Assembly: GCA_965247685.1 (NCBI GenBank)
Contig: OZ252021.1
Span: 750,001 to 782,000, forward strand
Length of the DNA stretch: 32,000 nucleotides
DNA from: Bdellovibrionales bacterium
GTDB lineage: Bacteria; Bdellovibrionota; Bdellovibrionia; Bdellovibrionales; UBA1609
Direction of reading: 5' to 3'
Shown here: positions 1-8,382 of the stretch, piece by piece
Layout: each line of letters begins with the position of its first letter
How positions within the stretch are numbered: the stretch's first letter is position 1
The notes under the pieces: generated by a model
Seen by the model: only the letters and a program-made list of their open reading frames with translations
What the model was told of the DNA's origin: nothing
Databases searched by the model: none
Made by a program: the position numbers and the translations under genes

Positions 1-762
1 TAAAGGATTATTAAGCTGGTGGGCAAAGTCATCTGCTAGTTTCCCAAGAACAGACATTTTTTGATTTTGTAAAACTTTTTCTTTTAAATGTAAGTAGGAT
101 GTTATATTTGCGAAGTGATCGATGACATAATTTTGATCCTTATTACTGACAATATAGCTTTGTTTTTCATAAATTTCTCCGTTTTCTTCAAAGCAATCTT
201 TCTCAAATACTTGTGAGTTGATGTCATACATTCTTTTAAAATGTGTGTTCGATCGGACAGGTTTTTTTTCATTATCCCAAATCACTAAAGGCTCCTCTAA
301 GCTGTCAAAGGTATTCTTCCAAAGTTCACAGCCAGACTTCCAGTGTTCCTCTGACAAAACTTTACAAAAAGCTGTTTGAAGGATTTCTAATTTTTCAGTA
401 GGGAAAATGTTTTCAATAGTTTCCGTTTTAGAAAAGTATTCAATAAACAAGACTGAATTTTCAGTGTATTCTGAAGAATGCAAAGGGAGGGCTAAAACTT
501 TATAGAAGGGGCGACCTAATTCCTGAGCGAGATAAATTCGATCTGAATTAGAATTACTGCGAGTAGATTCTATAGGAGGCCACAATTCTTTAGGTAGCCT
601 TTCATAGAGTCTTTTTCTTTTTAAACAGTATTGACGAGGGCCAAAATAAGCGGAGTGACAACAAAGTACAAGTTCACCAATTTTATTTTTAATCGAACGA
701 GTTTCTGCACCCACTAATTGAATGAAGTCTTCGATATTACGAGCTAAAAATACTTTATGCAT
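1..762 (-). CDS. sensor histidine kinase, N-terminal part (3' end runs off the window start)
   Basis: Absent from the ORF track because it is open at position 1. Manual minus-strand translation from ATG 762..760 gives MHKVFLARNIEDFIQLVG... and ends at the window edge in ...KMSVLGKLADDFAHQLNNPL, a HisKA H-box (AH-E/Q-xNNPL). In-frame stop upstream at 813..811. Confidence 0.6.
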   Translation of the reverse strand, partial: MHKVFLARNIEDFIQLVGAETRSIKNKIGELVLCCHSAYFGPRQYCLKRKRLYERLPKELWPPIESTRSNSNSDRIYLAQELGRPFYKVLALPLHSSEYTENSVLFIEYFSKTETIENIFPTEKLEILQTAFCKVLSEEHWKSGCELWKNTFDSLEEPLVIWDNEKKPVRSNTHFKRMYDINSQVFEKDCFEENGEIYEKQSYIVSNKDQNYVIDHFANITSYLHLKEKVLQNQKMSVLGKLADDFAHQLNNPL

Positions 763-850
763 GAGATCAAAAAGACGTTTTTCTTTTTTTATTTCTAATT
801 CCAAGCCTGATTACCCTAAACAAATAAATACAATCTTTTATGATTATAAT

Positions 851-1498
851 TCAGTTTAAGAGGTAGGAGTTATAAGAAAATAAAGGCTTGTGACCGGTAA
901 TAGTTTGAAAAGAGCGAGTCCAGCGCACTCGAGTTCTCAAAGCTGTTTTATTTTCTGGATTAAGGTCTAGCGCTTGAAGTAAATTAGAGTGCGCAAGTTC
1001 TATTTCACCTATTTCAGCTCTCACTTCAGCCAACCCTGCCCAAGCTTCATCATTTTTTATATTTTTCTCTAACAAGAATTGAAACTTTTCTTCAGCTTCT
1101 TTATAGAGTTTCTTTTCTTTAAGAACTAAAGCCAACCCCAGTTCGATTTCTGAGTCAAAGATATTTTTTTTCAAGGACAAAGCTTTGTTGAAATTTTCCA
1201 ATGCAGAATCTTGGTCTCCTAAGTAATGATAGCAAATACCAAGCCCTTTAAAAACATCTACACCCCATTCCACTTGATATGAAGCTTTTGGAAGCAGTTT
1301 TTCAAAACATTCTAAAGCATCCTGATATTTTTGTTGTCCTATTAAAGATTGGGCGAGATAAACCCAGAAGATGTCTCCACATTCAATCAATTGGGAGAAG
1401 GTATTTTCTGCCTTTTTCCACTCTTTTTGCTCTAAGAGGCACTGACCCTCTTTTTCAAGAGAAAAAATATCCAGCCGAGTTCTCCATGAGTGTTGCAT
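851..1498 (-). CDS. TPR-repeat protein
   Basis: 215-aa ORF with repeated 34-residue-like helical units, e.g. YQDALECFEKLL, DQDSALENFNKALSLKKN, YKEAEEKFQFLLEKN and ELAHSNLLQALDLNPEN. Confidence 0.7.
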   Translation of the reverse strand: MQHSWRTRLDIFSLEKEGQCLLEQKEWKKAENTFSQLIECGDIFWVYLAQSLIGQQKYQDALECFEKLLPKASYQVEWGVDVFKGLGICYHYLGDQDSALENFNKALSLKKNIFDSEIELGLALVLKEKKLYKEAEEKFQFLLEKNIKNDEAWAGLAEVRAEIGEIELAHSNLLQALDLNPENKTALRTRVRWTRSFQTITGHKPLFSYNSYLLN

Positions 1499-1611
1499 AA
1501 ATCCTCTGGAATTTAGTTCGGCTAAAACTCAACTCATCATAAGTATTTTATAGTCTAGTTTTTACACTGCTTAGCTTTGGTCTTTACTCGAATTTAGGAA
1601 TTATTCATAAA

Positions 1612-1986
1612 TTATGCAATTTTATTTTCTTCAACACCTGAAGACATCTGGTCTCCAAGCTGCTCGTGGATTTGCATATCTTGATTGAGAATATACACCA
1701 AGAACTGCCTTTTGTTTCTGAGTAGATAGATTATTTTCCTCTTTGATTCCTCAGAAACATCTTTAAAGTCTTCCACTTTATAATGGCTCAGCTCTTGATC
1801 GATTCGGCTAATAGCATTGAGTAAAATTTCTCTGTCATAATAAAAATCTTCAAGATTTTGAAAGTTGCTATTCTTAAGTCTTCCCAGCTCTTCTTTATTC
1901 AGCTTTTGAAACTCTATCAAGTAGGAGTTTTTTTTGCTGAGCAGTTCAATCATATATGTTACGGATGCGTTTTTCATATTTATCAT
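1612..1986 (-). CDS. hypothetical helical protein (weak FlgN-like export-chaperone resemblance)
   Basis: 124-aa ORF with K/E/L-rich helical sequence (IELLSKKNSYLIEFQKLNKEEL ... REILLNAISRIDQEL ... LLRNKRQFLVYILNQDMQI). The layout resembles the FlgN family but shows no diagnostic motif. Confidence 0.45.
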   Translation of the reverse strand: MINMKNASVTYMIELLSKKNSYLIEFQKLNKEELGRLKNSNFQNLEDFYYDREILLNAISRIDQELSHYKVEDFKDVSEESKRKIIYLLRNKRQFLVYILNQDMQIHEQLGDQMSSGVEENKIA

Positions 1987-2170
1987 TATGACACAGTTTT
2001 ATAAAAAATAATCTGTCAATTCTGTGGCTCGTCTAAAGATGAGATATTCAAAAAACCCTTAATTATTGAAACCTTAGATAAAATGTTGGTTTTTTGACAG
2101 GATGTCGAAATATTGTTTTTTTATTGTCTTAACTGTGATCGGGTCAGATTTTCATCAAAGTAAAGAAATC

Positions 2171-2998
2171 TTATTTCTGATCTATTCTGAGACGAATAAT
2201 ACGTAAAATGTCTGCGGCTGTTTCTTCTAAAGCTCGTTCAGTGACATTAATAACAGGCCATCTATACTTGGCAAAGCATTTTTTAGCTTGTTCCAGCTCG
2301 TGATATACATACAATTTATCTGCATAATCTCCACCCCGACTGTGCATTCCGATTTTTTGTAAACGATTTTTCCTAATTTTGAGCAAAACATCTCCGTCAA
2401 TAGTTAAAGCAATAATCTTTTGCTGATCAAGAGCAAAAACTTCTGAAGGAAGTTTGATATCTTTAACAAAAGGGATATTTGCGACTTTATATCCTTTATA
2501 GCTCAAGAAAATAGATAGAGGCGTTTTACTAGTACGGCTCACTCCTATTAAAACAATATCTGCAGCTTGTAGGTTTTGAGTGGTAGACCCGTCGTCATAC
2601 TTGAGTGAGAATTCCACAGCCTCAATTCGTTTAAAGTACTCTTTATCTACTTGATGAAGAATACCCGCACTGATTTTAGGTTTACTTGTTAAATGGTGGT
2701 CAAAAACTTGAATCAGAGGACCTAGTAAATCAACTAAAAAATATTTTTTAGTTTCAGTACTACTCTTTAAATGTTTTCTTAAATCTTTGAGTACAATGGT
2801 ATAAGCAATGATAGTATTTTCATGATCTATAGATTCTAGTATAGATTGTAGATGAGCTTTTGTTCGCACATTAGGGTACAGGTGAGTCAGAATAATACCT
2901 TCTTCTTCATACTGGACTAAAGTGGCCTGCACGATAGCTGAAGCTGTTTCTCCTGTTCCATCAGATACAATAACGATATTTTTTTTTGTATTTTTCAT
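2171..2998 (-). CDS. PEP synthase / pyruvate-phosphate dikinase regulatory protein family (bifunctional kinase-pyrophosphorylase, DUF299)
   Basis: Family motifs IVIVSDGTGETA, the P-loop-like IGVSRTSKTPLS and the central ALTID...L..IR..R. The ORF track starts at 3148 (325 aa). Met51 (ATG 2998..2996) gives about 275 aa, the usual family length with the SDGTGETA motif near the N-terminus. That ATG overlaps the stop of the upstream ORF as ATGA. Confidence 0.8.
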   Translation of the reverse strand: MKNTKKNIVIVSDGTGETASAIVQATLVQYEEEGIILTHLYPNVRTKAHLQSILESIDHENTIIAYTIVLKDLRKHLKSSTETKKYFLVDLLGPLIQVFDHHLTSKPKISAGILHQVDKEYFKRIEAVEFSLKYDDGSTTQNLQAADIVLIGVSRTSKTPLSIFLSYKGYKVANIPFVKDIKLPSEVFALDQQKIIALTIDGDVLLKIRKNRLQKIGMHSRGGDYADKLYVYHELEQAKKCFAKYRWPVINVTERALEETAADILRIIRLRIDQK

Positions 2999-3372
2999 AA
3001 ACTGGATAATAGAATTTGTATCTTGTAAGGTAAATGGAATAAAGGCCAATGATTTATCAGTTCTTTTTGGTTCATATTTTGAGGGAGAAAAATTCTTAAA
3101 GATGGTTTTTGTAAGTTTTTCCAATTTTCTAAAACTTGTTGAACCCATTGATTAGAAGAGGAGTAGGGTAGAAAGAGGGTGTGTTGGCATGGAAGGTGAA
3201 GAGAGCTTTCACACAACAAGTTTTGAGATTGTTTATCTTGAGGAAGTTTTCTAAATACAAACTGAAGATAAGTATCTATTTTTTTTGAAAAAGGATATTG
3301 ATAAGGAGGAGGAAGAACCCATAAAGAAACACCTTTAGATAAAGCCTCTGAAGAAGCTAATACTCGAAACAT
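2995..3372 (-). CDS. hypothetical 125-aa ORF bridging nusB and the PpsR-like gene (uncertain)
   Basis: Its ATG overlaps the nusB stop (TAATG at 3374..3370). Its TGA overlaps the Met51 ATG of the downstream gene (ATGA at 2998..2995). Composition is L/Q/P/S-rich and K/E-poor, unlike neighbouring proteins. A 378-nt open frame is long for AT-rich non-coding DNA. Confidence 0.3.
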   Translation of the reverse strand: MFRVLASSEALSKGVSLWVLPPPYQYPFSKKIDTYLQFVFRKLPQDKQSQNLLCESSLHLPCQHTLFLPYSSSNQWVQQVLENWKNLQKPSLRIFLPQNMNQKELINHWPLFHLPYKIQILLSSL

Positions 3373-3737
3373 TATTGGACGCTCACTTTTTTTGATATAG
3401 CATCTAATATTCCATTAATGAATTGATAGGAATGTGTAGAGCTATAAGTTTTTGCAATCTCAATAGCTTCATTGATGAAAATTTTTGGTGAATCGGTTGT
3501 GTCTGAAAACATCATTTCATAAATTGCAATTCTTAAAATATTAAGATCTAGTAGGGCCATCCGTGAGAGCTTCCAGTTTTGGCTGTGTTCTTCTAGTAAT
3601 CGATCAATTTTTTCTTTGTGAAGTAAAACAGCTTGAACCATATGAGATACCTCTTGGGATTTACTCTTAGGTTCTTTTTGAAACTCCATTTGATATAAAG
3701 CCTGCAAAGTTTGAATACGAATATCTCTTTTTTTCAT
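3372..3737 (-). CDS. nusB: transcription antitermination factor NusB
   Basis: 121 aa with typical NusB motifs: RIQTLQALYQMEF near the N-terminus, LNILRIAIYEM, and INEAIEIAKTYSS..SYQFINGILD. Confidence 0.85.
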   Translation of the reverse strand: MKKRDIRIQTLQALYQMEFQKEPKSKSQEVSHMVQAVLLHKEKIDRLLEEHSQNWKLSRMALLDLNILRIAIYEMMFSDTTDSPKIFINEAIEIAKTYSSTHSYQFINGILDAISKKVSVQ

Positions 3738-3842
3738 AGTTTCAATAAATTATTTCTTTTTTCATTAAAAGGAAACAAAAAACTCAATAAATGTTGAGTT
3801 TTTTCCATAGATGGACTATAGATGTATTATAAGGAGGTCATT

Positions 3843-4256
3843 ATGGGAATCAGTCTTTCTGTTTTAGTCGAGCAAATTTTCGGCTATCTACTGCCTTTCA
3901 TTGGTTTATCTCTTCTCATTCGTACAAATCTTTGGACTGTTGCTCTGAAGACTGTTCTTTCTTGGAATCAGAATTCCAAAATTCTTTTTTCAGTTTTTGT
4001 TACTCTAGTCTTCTTTCCTTTAGGATTGCTTGTTGTTTTAGTTCATAACCATTGGGAGTGGGGCGCTTCTGTTATTGTGACCCTTTTGGGATGGATAATG
4101 CTCATTAAACAAGTGTTTGTATTATTTTTTCCAGAAAAGATTTTTTTATGTTTGAAATACATGGGTGGGCAAAAGTATTGGAGTCAGTTCTTAAGAGGGA
4201 TGGGCTTGCTCTACATAATATTAGGGTTTATCGTTCTTTGCCCTTATTGGTTCTAA
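3843..4256 (+). CDS. small integral membrane protein (about 4 TM segments), unknown function
   Basis: Hydrophobic ORF. AAGGAGG at 3831-3837 lies 5 nt before ATG 3843, which is preferred over the track's start at 3822. Confidence 0.6.
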   Translation: MGISLSVLVEQIFGYLLPFIGLSLLIRTNLWTVALKTVLSWNQNSKILFSVFVTLVFFPLGLLVVLVHNHWEWGASVIVTLLGWIMLIKQVFVLFFPEKIFLCLKYMGGQKYWSQFLRGMGLLYIILGFIVLCPYWF

Positions 4257-4304
4257 ATAGCTTTTCTAAAATTATTCCCTTTTGATTTATATGATCTTTC
4301 TCTT

Positions 4305-5099
4305 GTGAGCTCTTATTTTGAGTTTTTTAATAAGATTCTAATTAAAAGCTGTATTTTTACCGAGAAAGCTAATATGGCGTCTCAAAATAAAGAAAAATTC
4401 CCTTTGGGTTTGGATTTTTTTAGCTTATTTATACATGAACTAAAGTCTCCATTAATATCCTTTAAGTTTCAGCTGGATGAATTAAAGTCTGAGCTTCAGT
4501 CTTCGCAAAATCAGAAAAAAATAGATAATCTTCAAATAGATATTCATCGGCTCTTTCAATTTATAGAAGATGGAATACACATGAAGAAATTAGAAGATCC
4601 GCTGGAGCTTCAAAAAGACTGGGCTTTGTGGTCTGATACTGTCAATGAGAGTCTGTGTTCTTTAAAAGAATGGATCAGTCATAAAGAAATCATTGTTCAT
4701 TGCGAGGAAAAGACTCCTTTAAAAGTTCACGCGGATAGTCGTTGGATTCAGGTTGTAATATCTAATTTATTGCTCAATGCGATTCAACATTCTCCTCAAA
4801 AATCTTCCCTTTGGCTAAAAACAGAATTAGATGAAAATCATAACTTGTTATTTTCTATTAAAGATGAAGGTCTAGGGGTGGATGAGAAATTAAAAGATAA
4901 GTTGTTCCATCGCTTTCACACAGCTCGCCCAGCTACTGCCTCTTACATGAAAGGGACGGGGCTTGGTCTTTATATCGTTCGATCTTTGGTAGAAAAACAT
5001 GGAGGTCAAGTAGGAGTGGATTCATCTCAGCAATCCGGCTGCACTTTTTACATTTTACTTCCTCAAGCTCAAAAAACTGTTTCTCAGCAAGCTTCTTAA
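4305..5099 (+). CDS. soluble histidine kinase (HisKA + HATPase_c only, no TM or sensor domain)
   Basis: H-box FIHELKSPL, N-box NLLLNAIQHSP, G1 KDEGLGV and G2 GTGLGLYIV. The GTG at 4305 has no RBS. The in-frame ATG at 4374 (MASQNKEKF), preceded by GAGAAAG, is an alternative start. Confidence 0.8.
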   Translation: MSSYFEFFNKILIKSCIFTEKANMASQNKEKFPLGLDFFSLFIHELKSPLISFKFQLDELKSELQSSQNQKKIDNLQIDIHRLFQFIEDGIHMKKLEDPLELQKDWALWSDTVNESLCSLKEWISHKEIIVHCEEKTPLKVHADSRWIQVVISNLLLNAIQHSPQKSSLWLKTELDENHNLLFSIKDEGLGVDEKLKDKLFHRFHTARPATASYMKGTGLGLYIVRSLVEKHGGQVGVDSSQQSGCTFYILLPQAQKTVSQQAS

Positions 5100-5247
5100 T
5101 TATTCCAGGTACAATATAAATTGAAAGGTTTTTCAATCATATAAGAAATTCTGTCTATTTTACTTTATCCATTTGCTCAGGCATCAGAGAAAATGTTGAT
5201 ATTTAAATTTATTCATATTAGTCTAGCTCAATTCAAGGGGTTTTCTC

Positions 5248-6630
5248 GTGCAAGAAAAGTTCACTCAGGAATTAAAAGCTTTTTTATCTGAAGATCAAAT
5301 GATCACAAAATCCAATGAAATGTCTTCCTATGGAAAAGATTGGTTGAGCTTATACACACCTCATCCCTTAGGAGTTGTTTTTCCTAAAAAAACTCAAGAT
5401 GTTGTCCAGCTCGTCAAATGGGCTATCCATAATAAAATCGCTCTTGTTCCTTCAGGAGGTCGAACGGGGCTCAGCGGCGGAGCGACAGCTCTTCATCAAG
5501 AGGTGATTGTCTCTTTTGAAAAGATGAATCAGTTGGTGGAATGGAATGAACTTGAGGCGACTTTCACAGTCGAGGCAGGCTTTATCACCAGTGAATTACA
5601 AAGGATGGCAAAAGAAAAAGGATACTATTTCCCTATTTCTTTTGCGGCTGAAGGCTCGAGTCACATTGGTGGAAATGTAGCCACTAATGCGGGTGGAGTT
5701 CATGTAATTCGATATGGTATGATGAGAAAGTGGGTTCGAGCTTTAGAAGTGGTCACTGGAACAGGTGAGGTTTTAAATCTAGGCCGTCATCTTATTAAAG
5801 ATGCTACAGGCTACAATCTTTTACATCTTTTTATTGGTTCTGAAGGAACTTTAGGTTTTATTACAAAAGTAACGGTGGAAGTGACGACTCTTCCTAAAGA
5901 ACTTAATGTCTTTTTACTAGGAGTTTCTTCTTTGAAAGATGTCGTTGAAGTGTACTCTCAATTTAAAAAAGATATTCCACTTCATGCTTTTGAAATGATG
6001 ACAGATCTTGCTTTGAATTATGTTCAAGAAACAGGAGTGCAATTTCCACTATCTAATCGGTCGGCTTATTATGTATTAATGAAGATTCCAGAAGAGCATC
6101 AAGAGAAGGCCTTTTCTTTATTTGAAGATTTAATGAATCAAGGAAAAATTGAAGACGGAACTGTCAGTCAAAGTTTTGAGCAAGCTCAGCAGATTTGGTC
6201 TTTAAGAGAAAATATCACAGAGTCTTTGACTCCTTATAAACCTTATAAAAATGATGTGGCTGTAAGAATTTCTCATTTGCCTGATTTTTTAAGTCAAGTG
6301 GATGAGTTGCTTAAAAAAGAATACCCTGACTATAAGGTGGTTTGGTTTGGTCATGTGGGGGATGGAAACCTCCATATTAATATACTCAAACCTGAAACTT
6401 TGAGTGAGTCTGAATTTATTAAAAATTGTGAAAGAGTGAACACTTTACTTTTTTCTAAAATTAAAGAGTTCAAAGGATCTATTTCTGCGGAGCATGGGGT
6501 GGGGCTGCTGAAAAAGAATCACCTCCATTATTCTCGCTCCGAAGCTGAAATTCGGTACATGAAGCAAATTAAAAATATTTTTGATCCTCACCATATTATC
6601 AATCCAGGAAAAATCATTGATATAAGGTAA
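5248..6630 (+). CDS. FAD-binding oxidoreductase, GlcD / D-2-hydroxyacid dehydrogenase family
   Basis: 460 aa with FAD_binding_4-type motifs (VPSGGRTGLSGGA, GGNVATNAGG) and the C-terminal FAD-oxidase signature (SAEHGVGLLK, FDP..I.NPGK). GTG start preceded by AAGGGG. Confidence 0.85.
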   Translation: MQEKFTQELKAFLSEDQMITKSNEMSSYGKDWLSLYTPHPLGVVFPKKTQDVVQLVKWAIHNKIALVPSGGRTGLSGGATALHQEVIVSFEKMNQLVEWNELEATFTVEAGFITSELQRMAKEKGYYFPISFAAEGSSHIGGNVATNAGGVHVIRYGMMRKWVRALEVVTGTGEVLNLGRHLIKDATGYNLLHLFIGSEGTLGFITKVTVEVTTLPKELNVFLLGVSSLKDVVEVYSQFKKDIPLHAFEMMTDLALNYVQETGVQFPLSNRSAYYVLMKIPEEHQEKAFSLFEDLMNQGKIEDGTVSQSFEQAQQIWSLRENITESLTPYKPYKNDVAVRISHLPDFLSQVDELLKKEYPDYKVVWFGHVGDGNLHINILKPETLSESEFIKNCERVNTLLFSKIKEFKGSISAEHGVGLLKKNHLHYSRSEAEIRYMKQIKNIFDPHHIINPGKIIDIR

Positions 6631-6772
6631 ATGTCATTTTTTTTGAATCTATAGCTTACTTTTTATTATTGTTTCAAATTGAAACAATAAAAAGAGGATG
6701 AGGGCTCTTATTTTATGTTTTTCAGACGGACAGTTATATAACAATCATTACTTTAAAAAAACAGAAATTTCT

Positions 6773-6799
6773 TAAAGTTTTTCCCCAATATTCCGATTG
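6773..6799 (+). promoter_or_regulatory. candidate sigma-28 (FliA)-type promoter upstream of flp
   Basis: TAAAGTTT (6773-6780), an 11-nt spacer, then TCCGATTG (6792-6799), compared with the consensus TAAAGTTT-N11-GCCGATAA. It lies about 22 nt upstream of the flp ATG, with GGAGG at 6809-6813 in between. Confidence 0.35.
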
Positions 6800-6821
6800 A
6801 TAAGTTACGGAGGTATTTTTT

Positions 6822-7013
6822 ATGAAAAACATAAAAAAACATGTGAAAAACTTTTTGAAAGATGAATCAGGTCAAGGAACTACAGAATATATCCTCATTC
6901 TTGTTGCGATTGTCGGTGTTGTAACGTTTTTTGGTAAGGACATTACTGCCATTCTTAGAGGCAAGGTAAGTACATTAGGCACCGCGATTACAAATTTTAA
7001 CCCTAGTCCTTAA
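6822..7013 (+). CDS. flp: Flp-family type IVc (Tad) prepilin
   Basis: 63 aa: MKNIKKHVKNFLKDESG|QGTTEYILILVAIVGVV.... It has a basic leader, the G-x4-EY Flp processing motif and a hydrophobic helix. The FLKDESG..EY segment closely resembles the Caulobacter PilA leader. Confidence 0.85.
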   Translation: MKNIKKHVKNFLKDESGQGTTEYILILVAIVGVVTFFGKDITAILRGKVSTLGTAITNFNPSP

Positions 7014-7026
7014 TTAGAGATTTGTC

Positions 7027-7218
7027 TTGATTACAGAATATATACTTTTGGCGTTGCTCACGATAGGGATATTAACCACAGTGGTAGTCCCTACTCGAAG
7101 TGTTTTTCAAAACGCCACTCCACAGCTTGCCGTTCGTGTGGAAAGATACATTATGACAGGTTATCTGCATAGTAAACTGCATTGTGACACCTTGCCTGGT
7201 AGTTGCTGGAAAGAGTAA
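7027..7218 (+). CDS. Flp-like ORF lacking a leader peptide (possible degenerate or leaderless minor pilin)
   Basis: TTG start, 13 nt after the flp stop. Begins (M)ITEYILLALLTIGIL, i.e. the TEY plus hydrophobic-helix core of a mature Flp. No leader or processing Gly is possible, because an in-frame stop sits at 7015-7017. Confidence 0.4.
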   Translation: MITEYILLALLTIGILTTVVVPTRSVFQNATPQLAVRVERYIMTGYLHSKLHCDTLPGSCWKE

Positions 7219-7299
7219 CGGGTCTTCATTTTAAATTTTTGTTTTCCTTATACAAATTATATTGTTAAAATAACAAGACTTGGAATAAGGGGAAGTCCC

Positions 7300-7842
7300 A
7301 TGAATAATCAGTTGGATTATGATTTTATTTTGACAGTGGTAGCAACACTCATTCTTTTAGCAGGGGTTTTTGATGATCTTCGTTCTCGAAAAATTCACAA
7401 TAAGCTTATTTTAATTCTCATACCTATTGCGATTCTATCAGTTTTTGTTACGAATTTTTTTCGAGTGGATTGGATCTTTGCTTTTAGATCTTTACTTGAA
7501 GTGAGTTTAGCATCTGGTTTCATTGCTTTATTACTGGGTTTAGCTCTTTACATGGCAAAGGTTTTAGGTGGAGGTGATGTTAAACTTTATTTCGTCTTTG
7601 CTCTTGTGGCAGGCATTCAGGCCACTGTAGGAGCTTTAATTTTAAGCTTTATTTGGGGAGGACTTCTTGGTATTTTTATGTCTGTTTTAAAAAACCAATG
7701 GAAAAGCTTGCTCCAAAATATATTCTCTTTGTTCAAATTTCAAAAATTACCGAGGGAAAAACTTCAATTTTTACCATTTTCAGTCGTCTTATTTTTAGGT
7801 TGGATCAGCTTTCAAGTATTAAAAGATCTTAATTTCATCTGA
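7300..7842 (+). CDS. cpaA: A24-family prepilin peptidase CpaA/TadV
   Basis: 180-aa polytopic membrane protein. First catalytic Asp context is VFDDLRSRKIHN and the second is GGGDVKL. Position is directly after the pilin genes. Confidence 0.85.
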   Translation: MNNQLDYDFILTVVATLILLAGVFDDLRSRKIHNKLILILIPIAILSVFVTNFFRVDWIFAFRSLLEVSLASGFIALLLGLALYMAKVLGGGDVKLYFVFALVAGIQATVGALILSFIWGGLLGIFMSVLKNQWKSLLQNIFSLFKFQKLPREKLQFLPFSVVLFLGWISFQVLKDLNFI

Positions 7843-7917
7843 TGCTTAACTTGCACTAAAGTCTGGATAGCTGGTTGAAATAGTGAAGAATATAAGAAAT
7901 ATAATCATTTGGAGAAG

Positions 7918-8214
7918 ATGATGAAAAAAAGAAAAATGACTTGTAATTCTTTTGTTGGTCAAAGAGGACAAGTGGTTGTTGAATATATACTTTTGATGGT
8001 ATTGTTGTTTTCTTTGACTCTTATCGTTTTTAAAGGCTTTGATTTACCATTTAATAAGTTTGTGAATCGTCCTAAGGAGCTTTTTCAAGGGCTTTCTCGA
8101 TCCGGATCTTGGATCAAGTACGAAGAGGCTCGGCCTGGAAATTCACCAGATCTCGATCATCACCCTGCAAAAAAGTCTCATCATCTACAGGTTGAAGGTA
8201 GAACTGTTCGATAA
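7918..8214 (+). CDS. TadE/Flp-like pseudopilin with prepilin-type leader
   Basis: ...KMTCNSFVGQRG|QVVVEYILLMVLLFSLTLIV: G-x4-EY motif followed by a hydrophobic helix. The mature part, about 80 aa, is longer than an Flp and shorter than a typical TadE. The track start is TTG 7909; ATG 7918 or 7921 after GGAG (7911-7914) is more likely. Confidence 0.6.
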   Translation: MMKKRKMTCNSFVGQRGQVVVEYILLMVLLFSLTLIVFKGFDLPFNKFVNRPKELFQGLSRSGSWIKYEEARPGNSPDLDHHPAKKSHHLQVEGRTVR

Positions 8215-8251
8215 GTATTTTGCTTAATAGTGTATATTCTTCATTCTGGAT

Positions 8252-8315
8252 TCAGTTTTTCAATATTTGATCAAAAACTGATAGAAAAAAGCGTTAAACT
8301 TTAATGAATAACGCT
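8252..8315 (+). promoter_or_regulatory. two tandem stem-loops between the pilin/peptidase module and the machinery module
   Basis: TCAGTTTTT (8252-8260) pairs with AAAAACTGA (8273-8281). AGCGTTA (8290-8296) pairs with TAACGCT (8309-8315). Neither is followed by a clear T-run. Confidence 0.3.
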
Positions 8316-8382
8316 CAAAATTCCGAAAAAAGTAATGGGTAGAAATAGGATTTTTAATGCTTAAGCTCCTGAGGAGGATATT

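Noticed and set aside
1279-1500. 73-aa plus-strand ORF
   Set aside because: It is antisense to the TPR gene, which has clear repeat structure.
2922-3155. 77-aa plus-strand ORF
   Set aside because: It is antisense to the PpsR-like gene's conserved SDGTGETA region.
3777-3804. 11-bp inverted repeat AAAAAACTCAA-TAAATG-TTGAGTTTTTT between nusB and the membrane-protein gene
   Set aside because: It looks like a bidirectional terminator but sits between divergently transcribed genes and is almost pure A/T (two G-C pairs). It may be an operator or a chance match, and I cannot support a function.
4933-5136. 67-aa minus-strand ORF
   Set aside because: It is antisense to the HATPase_c G2-box region of the histidine kinase.
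6659-6694. Long A/T-rich hairpin after the FAD-oxidase gene
   Set aside because: The stem has a 3-nt bulge, almost no G-C pairs and no downstream T-run on either strand, so it is not a convincing intrinsic terminator.
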